Origin: an uncultured Verrucomicrobiales bacterium
GTDB taxonomy: Bacteria; Verrucomicrobiota; Verrucomicrobiia; Limisphaerales; UBA1100
Length of the DNA stretch: 53,428 bases
Assembly (NCBI GenBank): GCA_913048135.1
Contig: CAJWVY010000002.1
Location: forward strand, 1-53,428
Reading direction: 5' to 3'
Part shown: piece by piece, positions 1 to 8,623 of the stretch
Layout of the letters: the number at the start of each line of letters is the position of its first letter
How positions within the stretch are numbered: the first letter of the stretch is position 1
The notes under the pieces: model-generated
Database searches by the model: none
What the model was told of the DNA's origin: nothing
Seen by the model: only the letters and a program-made list of their open reading frames with translations
Translations under genes and position numbers: made by a program

Positions 1-279
1 GACCAATTCGGCTTCAAACGCCCCGTGCAACTGGTGGGAATTGATGAAGATAGTCTGCGCGAGATTGCCGACAAAACCGGCGGCAAATATTTCCGTGCCG
101 AAAGCGCTGACGCCCTGCGCGCCGTGTACAAGGAAATTGATCTACTGGAAAAAACTGAGCGCGAAGAACAACGCTTCCTTCAATACCACGATCTCTTCCG
201 CACCTTTCTAGGCGTGGCGCTGGCGTTGTTGGTGCTGGACCTCGTTTTGAATTATACTTTGTTGAGGAAACTACCATGA
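1..279 (+). CDS. batA: BatA-like VWA-domain protein, C-terminal fragment (5' end lies outside the window)
   Basis: Frame 1 is open from nt 1. The text ...IDEDSLREIADKTGGKYFRAESADALRAVYKEIDLLEK followed by a hydrophobic C-terminal helix is the usual end of BatA-type VWA proteins. The stop overlaps the next start (ATGA at 276-279). Confidence 0.6.
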   Translation, partial: DQFGFKRPVQLVGIDEDSLREIADKTGGKYFRAESADALRAVYKEIDLLEKTEREEQRFLQYHDLFRTFLGVALALLVLDLVLNYTLLRKLP

Positions 280-3044
280 ACTGGGGCTACCCTGGCTACA
301 TTACCTTGAGCATCCTGCTGGCGCTGCTTGTACTCGGTGGCAGCGTCGCCATGTGGCTCCACCGCGAACGCGTGCTGGCGCTGTTCGTGAGCAAGGACCG
401 CGTGCAGGAACTCACCGCCGCCATGCCCGGCTGGGAATACTGGACCCGAACCGGCCTGATCATGGGCGCCGTAATCCTCGGCTGCCTTGCCCTCGCCTCC
501 CCTCGCTGGGGATATGTGCTCGAGAAATCCAACGCTAACTCACTGGACATCCTCATCGCCGTCGACACCTCACGCAGCATGCTTGCCGACGACCTCGTGC
601 CATCCCGCATGAAGCGCACCCAGCTCGCCATTCAGGAACTCCTCAAGCTTGGCGAAGGCGACCGGTTCGGCCTCATCCCCTTTGCCGGCTCCGCCTTCCT
701 CCAATGCCCCCTCACCGTGGATCAGGAAGCCCTGCGCCAGCACGTCAACCTCGTCAACGTCGACCTCATCCCCGAAGGCGGCACCCACCTCGGCGAAGCG
801 ATTAATGCTGCCATGGAAGCCTTCGAGGGCCATGAGCAGGACAGCCATAAGGTGCTTGTGCTTTTTTCCGATGGCGAAGATCACGACGAAAATGCCCTGG
901 CCAAGGCGGAGGAAGCGGCCCAAAAAGGGCTGCGCATTTTCACCATTGGCGCCGGGACGCCCGATGGGGAATTGATCCCGGTCAATTATTGTCCGAACTG
1001 CGAATCGCCCAACCAGCCGGGTCGATCACGATGCCGGGTTTGCAACGCCTACCTCACGCCCGGCCAAGAGTTTATTCGGGATGAAAACGGCAACGCCGTT
1101 CGCAGTCGGCTTAATGAATCCATGCTGGAGGAATTGGCTGAAACCACCGGCGGCTTTTACCTGCGCCTCGAAGGCGCGCAAACCATGGAGGTGCTCTACA
1201 AAAATGGACTCGCGCCGCTGCCAAAATCGGAGAATACTAGCACCATGGTAAGGCGCCAACGAGAGCGTTATCAATGGCCCTTGGCGGGAGCCGTGGGACT
1301 CTTATTGCTGGAATTGCTGTGGCCCATGGGACGGCGGCGCCGTCCGGCACCCGCCACCGCGGTCATCCTCGCTCTGCTCCTGCCTTGTTCACTGGAAGCC
1401 GCCACGCTCAAGCAGGCCGCCCAGCAATATCAGAAGGGCGAATTTGCCTTGGCGCTTCAGGAGTACGAAGAGTTACTACGGCACGATCCGGGTAATCCCA
1501 AGCTACATTACAATGCCGGCGCAGCCGCTTATCAGGCCGGAAAACACAATGAGGCGGCCAAGCATTTCCGTGGTGCCTTGCGGACGCCTGATTTGAAGCT
1601 CCAACACCGCGCCTTTTACAATCTCGGCAACACACGTTTTCAACTGGGCGAGGCCATGAAAAATCCGGAGGATCAAATTCCGGTTTGGGAGGAGGCCGCC
1701 GATCACTTTGAAGCCGCCACCCAATTGAACCCACAGGACCCCGGCGCCCAGCGCAATCTCAAATTTGTCCGCCACAAAATCGATGAGGCCAAACGCAAGC
1801 TGGAACAGCTTTCCGACGAGGTGCCGCTCGATGGCATCACGCGATTCAAACAGGACGACGAGAAGGAATACACCCTGCGCGTCTGGCCGCCAGACCGTGA
1901 GCAAATCCCTGAACGCCCCTACTGGCGGATGTTTGCCCTCGATCATTACGTCCACGGCGTGGCCAAAGTCTCCGATTCTCTTCGGGCCCAAGCCAAGGCC
2001 TTGAGCCCGACCGAATACGGCGACCGACCGCCAGCCGAGCCCGTGCTCTCTGGCACGTGGCGGTTTCGCTTCGAGCCGCTCTTCAGCGAATTCCTGCCTA
2101 TGAATGGCCCGTTCGCTGATGCCCAAGTGGAAAACACATCCTGGCGTTACAACCCCGCTGCCTTTCAGGCACGCCTGCCAGATGTGCCCACGCACGCCGT
2201 GGAGTACACCCTCACCGATCCCACGGATAATGCCCGCCTCGCCGCCGGTCCGCTCGACGCACCCCTGCAGCCGGACGCCCAAAACGACTTCACCACGCCA
2301 CGCGAAGACGCCTATCCCTTCACCACCCTACAGCTCAATCTCAGTCCCACGGAGATCAGCCAGCTCCTTGGGGTTTTAGAGAAAATCACCGGCGACGAGG
2401 AACTGCCGTTGGCCGAGCTGAACGAAAAGATCATCGCCTGGCTCCACACTCATCACAAATACACACGCCAAACACGCATTCCCGAGGATGAGCAAAACGA
2501 TCCGGTCGTTCGCTGGATGCTGACCCAAGAGGCCGGCCACTGTGAGTATTTCGCCTACAGCTACACTCTGCTAGCACGGGCCGCCGGCCATCCGGCCCGC
2601 ATTGTGTGTGGATTTGCCGGCGGCGAGTGGGACGACAAAACGGAAAGCTGGACCAATGAGAAAACCGACGCCCACGCCTGGGCGGAGGTGTTTGACGGTA
2701 ACAAGTGGATTCGCGTCGAAGCCACCCCACCCGAAGACAACCAAGGCGAAGGCGAAGAACCGGAACAAAACCCCAATAACGGCCAACAAGGCGACAGCCA
2801 GGATCCCAACAACGGCGAAGGCGACCCGAACAATCCCAATAACCAACCCGGCGATCAACAGGGCGACCAACCCACCGATGAAGATCGCGACGAAGGCGAT
2901 CTGCCGCCCGAACTACTCGAAACGCTCCGCCAAGCTGAACGCTTGCTCGATGCCTTAAAAACCGATGAGAAACCCCTGAGCGCAATTGAAGCGGAGCAAG
3001 GCCGCCCCGGCCTGCGCATTCGCCGACCAAAGAAGGATTGGTAA
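276..3044 (+). CDS. BatB/BatC-like fusion protein: 2 N-terminal TM helices, VWA domain with inserted CxxC..CxxC zinc ribbon, TM segments, TPR repeats, transglutaminase-like core, acidic N/G/P/Q-rich tail
   Basis: 922-aa ORF. MIDAS-like DTSRSM. VWA text FSDGEDHDE...RIFTIGAGTPDGELIP...LEELAETTGGFYLRL. Zinc ribbon CPNCESPNQPGRSRCRVCNAYL (nt 990-1043). TPR-like repeats around nt 1400-1800 (YQKGEFALALQEYEELLRHDPGNPKLHYNAGAAAYQAGKHNEA...). Transglutaminase core GHCEYFAYSYTLLARAAGHPARIVCGF...DAHAWAEVF...WIRVEATP (nt about 2500-2735). BatC-like tail ...LLDALKTDEKP...RRPKKDW. Confidence 0.75.
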   Translation: MNWGYPGYITLSILLALLVLGGSVAMWLHRERVLALFVSKDRVQELTAAMPGWEYWTRTGLIMGAVILGCLALASPRWGYVLEKSNANSLDILIAVDTSRSMLADDLVPSRMKRTQLAIQELLKLGEGDRFGLIPFAGSAFLQCPLTVDQEALRQHVNLVNVDLIPEGGTHLGEAINAAMEAFEGHEQDSHKVLVLFSDGEDHDENALAKAEEAAQKGLRIFTIGAGTPDGELIPVNYCPNCESPNQPGRSRCRVCNAYLTPGQEFIRDENGNAVRSRLNESMLEELAETTGGFYLRLEGAQTMEVLYKNGLAPLPKSENTSTMVRRQRERYQWPLAGAVGLLLLELLWPMGRRRRPAPATAVILALLLPCSLEAATLKQAAQQYQKGEFALALQEYEELLRHDPGNPKLHYNAGAAAYQAGKHNEAAKHFRGALRTPDLKLQHRAFYNLGNTRFQLGEAMKNPEDQIPVWEEAADHFEAATQLNPQDPGAQRNLKFVRHKIDEAKRKLEQLSDEVPLDGITRFKQDDEKEYTLRVWPPDREQIPERPYWRMFALDHYVHGVAKVSDSLRAQAKALSPTEYGDRPPAEPVLSGTWRFRFEPLFSEFLPMNGPFADAQVENTSWRYNPAAFQARLPDVPTHAVEYTLTDPTDNARLAAGPLDAPLQPDAQNDFTTPREDAYPFTTLQLNLSPTEISQLLGVLEKITGDEELPLAELNEKIIAWLHTHHKYTRQTRIPEDEQNDPVVRWMLTQEAGHCEYFAYSYTLLARAAGHPARIVCGFAGGEWDDKTESWTNEKTDAHAWAEVFDGNKWIRVEATPPEDNQGEGEEPEQNPNNGQQGDSQDPNNGEGDPNNPNNQPGDQQGDQPTDEDRDEGDLPPELLETLRQAERLLDALKTDEKPLSAIEAEQGRPGLRIRRPKKDW

Positions 3045-4753
3045 TGACACGGGTCTTCCTCAGTTTTCTGGCACTGACCACCGGCACGTTCGGAGCCACT
3101 CTCACGGCGACGCTGAAACCAGCCACGGTCAACCTTGGCAAGAGCGCCACCCTCACCCTCGTTTGCGAAGGCGGCATTGCCACCACCGTGGAGCAAACCG
3201 CCGCCGCCCGTAATTTGGCCCTCTCGTTTGTCGACAGCACAAAATCCATCGACATCGTGGGCGGCGTTACCCGTGAATCCACCACGTTCACCTATCAGGT
3301 CACCCCACGGGTCGCCGGCCGATTCGCTGTACCGGCTTTCAAGGCCATGGTTGGCAACCGGGAAATCCGCAGCGACGCCATTATCCTTACTGTGCTCGAT
3401 GCAGACGGCAACAACACCCCCAAGAACATCGCTAAGACACCCCCCCCCGCGTTGTTGCGCGTACACACCACCGCCACCAAGGTGTACGCCGGTCAGGTTT
3501 TCCCTGTTTCCATGGAACTGCTCGCCCAAGGCCTACGGCAATCCCACTTACCCGTGCCCCAACTGGTAACCGAGGGCATCCGCTTCACACGCATCCGGCC
3601 AGAGTACCGCCAAGCCAGCGCGCGTTCCCTCAATGGGATACTCTATCAAAACGTGTTTTTATTTGAAACCGGCGCCGTGGCCATGAAGCCTGGAAAGCTG
3701 AACCTAATCTTCGAGCTGGACGTCATCGTCATGGATTACCGGCAGGATGTATTTGGCCGGCAACGCAACCTGCATCTCACCAGCGACCCCATTCCGATTG
3801 ACGTGTTACCCTTGCCCACCAACGGGCAACCGGAACATTTCACCGGCGCGGTGGGGCAATACCAAATGACCGCCACCGTCGAACCCAATCGCGCTCAAGT
3901 GGGCGACCCCATGGAGCTGCGCATCAGCCTCACGGGCAAAGGCACGCTGGACAACACGCCCGTGCCCGAGCCGGCTGCGTGGCAAGGATTCAAAACACAT
4001 CCGGCCACCAGCGAAGTCGAATACACTGACTTGCGCCACCTCAGCTCCCGTAAGCAATTCAAGCGCATGATCATCCCCACCGATCCGCAGCTCACCCAAG
4101 TGCCAACCCTGAAGTTCAGCTTTTTTGATCCAAACACCGAGCAGTACGTCACCCTAACCGCGCCGCCTACGCCGGTGGAAATCACCGGCAGCACACCGCC
4201 ACCCAACCCGCGTGGTGATCCGCCAGGCCTAAATGGACTGACCCCGGCTGATGATACGCCAGCCATCCAAACCATCCGCCATTCCCCGGGGCGCTTGGCC
4301 CAAATGCAGCCGCCCTTGATCGCCCGCCCCTGGTTTCTGGCCATTCCCGGCGTGAGCTTGCTGGCGTTCCTCTTGGCCTTCGGCTGGCGGCAGCGGGTTG
4401 AATATTATGAGGCCCACCCGGAAGCCGTGCGCCGCCATCATGTGCGCCGCCTCACCCGCAATACCCTGCGCCAACTGCAGTCCGATGGCAGCCGGAAAAA
4501 TGCCGCTGAGTTTTATGAAGGCGTGCAGTTGATCCTGCGCGAGCAAATCGGCCTTGCCACCGATCAACCGGCCGCCGGGCTCACTGCCAATTCCATGCTC
4601 GCCGCGCCGCTGGATCTTCCCAAGGAAGCGCAGGCCGCGCTGGCCCGTTTACTGGAGCAGGAGGAAGTCACCCGATTTAGCGGCGCCATTGCCACGCCCA
4701 ATGTGGATGCGGCGCTAAACGACCTGAACTGTGTCCTCCGTGCCCTGAAATGA
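3044..4753 (+). CDS. batD: BatD-like oxygen-tolerance protein (signal peptide, large exported domain, C-terminal TM plus cytoplasmic tail)
   Basis: ATG at 3044 overlaps the upstream stop (TAATG). N-terminus MTRVFLSFLALTTGTFGA looks like a signal peptide. About 570 aa with a late TM helix (WFLAIPGVSLLAFLLAFGW), as in BatD. Positioned after batB/C. Confidence 0.65.
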   Translation: MTRVFLSFLALTTGTFGATLTATLKPATVNLGKSATLTLVCEGGIATTVEQTAAARNLALSFVDSTKSIDIVGGVTRESTTFTYQVTPRVAGRFAVPAFKAMVGNREIRSDAIILTVLDADGNNTPKNIAKTPPPALLRVHTTATKVYAGQVFPVSMELLAQGLRQSHLPVPQLVTEGIRFTRIRPEYRQASARSLNGILYQNVFLFETGAVAMKPGKLNLIFELDVIVMDYRQDVFGRQRNLHLTSDPIPIDVLPLPTNGQPEHFTGAVGQYQMTATVEPNRAQVGDPMELRISLTGKGTLDNTPVPEPAAWQGFKTHPATSEVEYTDLRHLSSRKQFKRMIIPTDPQLTQVPTLKFSFFDPNTEQYVTLTAPPTPVEITGSTPPPNPRGDPPGLNGLTPADDTPAIQTIRHSPGRLAQMQPPLIARPWFLAIPGVSLLAFLLAFGWRQRVEYYEAHPEAVRRHHVRRLTRNTLRQLQSDGSRKNAAEFYEGVQLILREQIGLATDQPAAGLTANSMLAAPLDLPKEAQAALARLLEQEEVTRFSGAIATPNVDAALNDLNCVLRALK

Positions 4754-5484
4754 GGTGGCTCAGTTTCATCCTGTGCCTGAGCAGCGTGTTGGCGTGGGCC
4801 GAGGACCGGGCGTTATCCCCTTTCGAACAGGGTAACCAAGCCTTTGATGAGGGAAGGTTTGCAGAGGCTTGGGATCATTACTCGGTCCAGCTTGAGAGCG
4901 GCCATGTCTCGCCACCGCTTCATTTCAATCTCGCCACTACCGCGCTGCACAACGGTCATTTGGGCCGGGCCATTTATCATTTGCGAATCGCACAAACCCT
5001 GAAACCACGCGATTCGGACATCACCCAAAACCTCAAAATCGCCCGCGACGAAGTCCACAACGGTACCCCGCCGAAGGCCGGCACTTGGCACCGGCTCACC
5101 GGTTTTCTCAATGCCGACGAATGGGCGCTGCTGGCCGCGCCGCCCCTCACCGGCTGGCTACTTTGGCTGGCCCTGATTTATTGGCGGCCGGAGACGCGCC
5201 CCAAGGCGGCAGTGTTCCGGCCCATTCTCGGGGTCTTGGCTCTGGCCCTGATGGCCGTTGCCCTACTGGCTTGGAAGAGCGAAGCCCATAACGATTGGGG
5301 CGTGATCAGCGGCGAGACGCAGGTTCGGTTCGGGCCAGTGGAACAATCGCCTGATCAATTCAAATGGTTTGACGGCACGGAAGTGCAGATTAGCCGGCGC
5401 CATCAGGATTGGTTCTTGGCACGGGATGTCACCGGACGCCAAGGCTGGGTGCATGCCGATGTACTGCTAACGCCGAAAGGGTGA
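4750..5484 (+). CDS. batE: BatE-like TPR plus SH3-type domain protein
   Basis: ATGA overlap with the batD stop. N-terminal signal, TPR-like helices (FEQGNQAFDEGRFAEAWDHY...NGHLGRAIYHLRIAQTLKP), a TM segment, and a C-terminal SH3b-like end (GTEVQISRRHQDWFLARDVTGRQGWVHADVL). Confidence 0.55.
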   Translation: MRWLSFILCLSSVLAWAEDRALSPFEQGNQAFDEGRFAEAWDHYSVQLESGHVSPPLHFNLATTALHNGHLGRAIYHLRIAQTLKPRDSDITQNLKIARDEVHNGTPPKAGTWHRLTGFLNADEWALLAAPPLTGWLLWLALIYWRPETRPKAAVFRPILGVLALALMAVALLAWKSEAHNDWGVISGETQVRFGPVEQSPDQFKWFDGTEVQISRRHQDWFLARDVTGRQGWVHADVLLTPKG

Positions 5485-5533
5485 GGAATAAACGTTGACC
5501 GGCGCGAGGCGGAGTCTAGCATTCCAGCACGCC

Positions 5534-6511
5534 ATGAAACGCTTGTTGCGATTCCTCTGTTTGGCCTCGGCTTTGCCCAGCATTTCTCTGCTGGCCGATG
5601 GCATCACCCTCACTCCCGCCGATGGCCGCATTGATGTGAAGATCGGCGACGACCTGTTCACGAGCTACCATTTTCGCGGGGTGCCCAAACCGGCCCTCTA
5701 TCCCGTGCGCTGGATTGATGGCACGGGCATGACGCGCCGGTTCCCGATGGAGAAAGCTTTGCCCGGCGAATCGGACGATCACGTACATCATCGCAGTGTG
5801 TTCTGGGGGCATCGCCATGTGAAAAGTGCCGACGGCACGGTGCATGATTTCTGGGGCGAAAACACAAACAGCGGCAAACAGGTCACCTACGGCATTGAGG
5901 TCACTAAAGATAACCGGATCTATTCCAAAACCAAATGGGTGAGCAAAACGGGCAAAACGATCGCCACGGATTTTCGCAAGATCGGTTTTGCCACCAACAA
6001 AGCCGGCCGGTTCATTGATTACGCCATCACCATTAAAGCTTCCGAAGGTGATATTGTGCTGCAGGATGACAAGGACGCCGGTATGGGTTTTCGCGTGCCG
6101 GATACCATGTGTGTTTCCCCGCACGGCACGGCCAAGGTGGAGGCCGAGGGTTACATGCTCAACAGCGGAGGCCACACCGGCGGCGATTGCTGGGGCAAAC
6201 GCGCCAAGTGGATTTCCTATTCAGGCAAGGTGAAGGGCAAGCTGCTTGGTATTGCCATGTTTGATCATCCGGAAAACCCGCGCCACCCCACCAACTGGCA
6301 TGCCCGATCCTACGGCCTGTGCAGCGCGAATATTTTTGGCAAACGCCACTTCGAACGGTTGCCCGACAAGACCGCAGGCAATTACATCCTAAAGAAGGGC
6401 CAATCGCTCACCTTTCGCTACCGCCTCTACTGGCATGCGGGCAAGGGCGAGGCCAAGAAAATCGAGGCGCAATACCGCGAATGGGTTGCCGCCGCCCCAA
6501 AAAAACCTTAA
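5534..6511 (+). CDS. PmoA-family / DUF6807-like exported protein
   Basis: The ATG at 5534 (MKRLLRFLCLASALPSISLLA, signal-like) is preferred over the TTG at 5495. Text PALYPVRWIDGTGMTRRFPME...DHVHHRSVFWGHRHV...DFWGE and ...HPENPRHPTNWHARSYGL resembles the PmoA-like family that accompanies Gfo/Idh/MocA genes in PVC genomes (recognised from memory, not searched). Confidence 0.55.
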   Translation: MKRLLRFLCLASALPSISLLADGITLTPADGRIDVKIGDDLFTSYHFRGVPKPALYPVRWIDGTGMTRRFPMEKALPGESDDHVHHRSVFWGHRHVKSADGTVHDFWGENTNSGKQVTYGIEVTKDNRIYSKTKWVSKTGKTIATDFRKIGFATNKAGRFIDYAITIKASEGDIVLQDDKDAGMGFRVPDTMCVSPHGTAKVEAEGYMLNSGGHTGGDCWGKRAKWISYSGKVKGKLLGIAMFDHPENPRHPTNWHARSYGLCSANIFGKRHFERLPDKTAGNYILKKGQSLTFRYRLYWHAGKGEAKKIEAQYREWVAAAPKKP

Positions 6512-6529
6512 CCTCAAACCAGATTCATT

Positions 6530-7975
6530 ATGAACAAACAAACACGTCGTAACTTTCTCAAAACCTCCCTATACGCCGGTACCACGGTGGCCTGGACCGC
6601 CAAGAGCTGGGCTCAGGTGAAGGGTGCCAACGAAACGCTGCGCTGCGCCACCATCGGCTTTCGCGGCCGCGGCAACAGCCACATTGGTTCCATAAAAGGC
6701 ATGCAACAGCGCGAACAAGGCGTGAAGCTCACCGCCCTGTGTGATGTCGACAAAAAGGTACTCGAAGCAGGCGCAGCCAAACACAAAGTCGCTGGCTATC
6801 AAGACATCCGCGTGATGCTTGAAAAGGAGGAACTCGACGTGGTGACTGTGGCCACCCCGAACCACTGGCACAGCCTCGCCGCCATCTGGGCTGTCCAGGC
6901 CGGCAAGGATGTTTACGTAGAGAAGCCCGTGAGTCACAACGTGTGGGAAGGCCGCCAGCTGGTGAACGCCGCCCGGAAATACAAGAAGATTGTCCAAACC
7001 GGCACACAAGCTCGCAGCTCCAAGTGCATTCAGGATGCCGTGCAATGGGTGCAGGCCGGTAACCTCGGTAAGATCAAGGTCTCCCGGGGTCTTTGCTACA
7101 AGCGCCGCGGCAGCATCGGTGATATCCCGAGTACAAAGGATGTGCCGCGCGAGGTGGATTACGATCTCTGGCTCGGCCCGGCCCCCAAGAGACCCCTCAC
7201 CCGCGAACGCCTACATTACGACTGGCACTGGATGTGGGATTACGGCAATGGCGACCTCGGCAACCAAGGTATCCACCAAATGGACATTGCCCGCTGGTTC
7301 CTCGGCGACATGGAACTTTCTCCGCGCGTCTGGAGCGTCGGCGGACGGCTCGGATACGAGGATGATGGCGAAACCGCCAATACGCAGGTCATTTATCATG
7401 ACTACGAATCAGCCCCGCTCATCTTCGAGGTGCGCGGTCTAGGCGTGAAGAAAGGTTCCGGCTCCCGGCCCACCTACCGCGGCGGCAGCGTGGCGGTGTT
7501 CGTGGAATGCGAAAAAGGCTGGGTCGCCGTGCGCAGCTACGGCGCCGTGCAGGCCTACGACAACGACAACAAGTTGATCAAGGAATTCAAGGGCGGCGGC
7601 GATCACTTCGGTAACTTCATCCAGGCTGTCCGCAGCCGGAACCCGAAGGATCTCAACGCCGATATCCTCGAAGGCCACCTCTCCAGCGCCCTTTGCCACA
7701 CCGGCAACATCAGCCATCGCGTCGGCAAAGACGCTAGCGTGGAGGATATCCGCGATGTGGTGAAAAAGGACGACAGCGCGCTGGAAGCCGTCGACCGCAT
7801 GATCGATCACCTCGCCGTGGCAAACGAAGTGGACCTCAAAGCCACTCCGCTCACCCTCGGTCCGGCCCTCACCATGGACACCAAGGCCGAGACCTTCAAC
7901 GGCCACGCAGCTGCCAACAAGCTGCTCACCCGCGAATATCGTAAACCGTACGTGGTGCCGGAAATCAAGCTCTAG
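6530..7975 (+). CDS. Gfo/Idh/MocA family oxidoreductase with twin-arginine (TAT) signal
   Basis: MNKQTRRNFLKTS...AWTAKSWA is a TAT-like leader. Rossmann start CATIGFRGRGNSH. Family motif YVEKPVSHN. Confidence 0.85.
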   Translation: MNKQTRRNFLKTSLYAGTTVAWTAKSWAQVKGANETLRCATIGFRGRGNSHIGSIKGMQQREQGVKLTALCDVDKKVLEAGAAKHKVAGYQDIRVMLEKEELDVVTVATPNHWHSLAAIWAVQAGKDVYVEKPVSHNVWEGRQLVNAARKYKKIVQTGTQARSSKCIQDAVQWVQAGNLGKIKVSRGLCYKRRGSIGDIPSTKDVPREVDYDLWLGPAPKRPLTRERLHYDWHWMWDYGNGDLGNQGIHQMDIARWFLGDMELSPRVWSVGGRLGYEDDGETANTQVIYHDYESAPLIFEVRGLGVKKGSGSRPTYRGGSVAVFVECEKGWVAVRSYGAVQAYDNDNKLIKEFKGGGDHFGNFIQAVRSRNPKDLNADILEGHLSSALCHTGNISHRVGKDASVEDIRDVVKKDDSALEAVDRMIDHLAVANEVDLKATPLTLGPALTMDTKAETFNGHAAANKLLTREYRKPYVVPEIKL

Positions 7976-8000
7976 AGCTCCGGGAAACAATCAAAACAAG

Positions 8001-8035
8001 AAGGGACGAGTTTTACCTCGTCCCTTTCTTTTTGT
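8001..8035. terminator. Bidirectional intrinsic terminator between convergent genes
   Basis: 10-bp stem AAGGGACGAG (8001-8010) / CTCGTCCCTT (8017-8026) with a 6-nt loop. Followed by TCTTTTT on the + strand and preceded by an A-rich tract that reads T-rich on the minus strand. Confidence 0.6.
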
Positions 8036-8052
8036 GTTGGGTTAAAGCTAAA

Positions 8053-8484
8053 CTACAGACGTCCTTCATCGGCATCGATGAAATCCACAAAACACTGGAT
8101 ATCATCCCGATCACCCATTCCGGCATCCGCCTTGCGCATCGCTAGGCGCTCGCGTAATTCCGTGTTTGTTTCATCTGCGCCATAATTCAGCACAGCGTCA
8201 TTGAAAAGTTCCTTGGTGGATTCATCGGCCTCGACGTTTTCGCGGACCCAATCACACACCTGGCCGTCGGTGGCGGTCGCCTTCACCACGGCCACAAACT
8301 CATCCGCCTCCAATCCGGCCTTCTCCAACCATTTGGCATCAAACCCTTTATGGAGGTAGTTCGGCTGATAATCCTCATGAAGTTGCCCGGCCTCTGAAAG
8401 CCGGATTTTATCAATGAAACGGGGCAAATAAGCCCAGCCGGCCATTCTCTCCCGCGGGCTGCGGGGATACACGGTTGCAGTCAC
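8053..8484 (-). CDS. Small conserved hypothetical protein (possibly DUF5069-like)
   Basis: 143-aa ORF with non-shadow amino-acid composition. N-terminus YPRSPRERMAGWAYLPRFIDKIRL recalls DUF5069 proteins (from memory only). Confidence 0.5.
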   Translation of the reverse strand: MTATVYPRSPRERMAGWAYLPRFIDKIRLSEAGQLHEDYQPNYLHKGFDAKWLEKAGLEADEFVAVVKATATDGQVCDWVRENVEADESTKELFNDAVLNYGADETNTELRERLAMRKADAGMGDRDDIQCFVDFIDADEGRL

Positions 8485-8551
8485 GTGAGAATCATTTGCC
8501 CACCGCTATGGCCTGTCAACCCTATGGTGAAACGACTAACGTATTTCGTTA

Positions 8552-8579
8552 TTGACAGGGTTTGCTCACCAAGGATTAT
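8552..8579 (+). promoter_or_regulatory. Candidate sigma70-type promoter for the 8624 gene
   Basis: TTGACA (8552-8557), 16-nt spacer, GATTAT (8574-8579), about 45 nt upstream of the ATG. The -35 box lies in the right arm of an inverted repeat CCTGTCAA (8512-8519) / TTGACAGG (8552-8559). Confidence 0.25.
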
Positions 8580-8623
8580 TTGCGCGTTGACCCCAACTGT
8601 CACAACCCAAGCACAGGTATCCT

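Noticed and set aside
2735-2900. Possible tandem DNA repeat or CRISPR-like periodicity in the N/G/P/Q/D-rich tract of the Bat fusion protein. A similar case is the proline-rich tracts of the LysM gene (about 27100-27560).
   Set aside because: These are in-frame low-complexity coding sequence without exact nucleotide repeat units or spacers. I saw no CRISPR-like repeat-spacer structure anywhere in the window.
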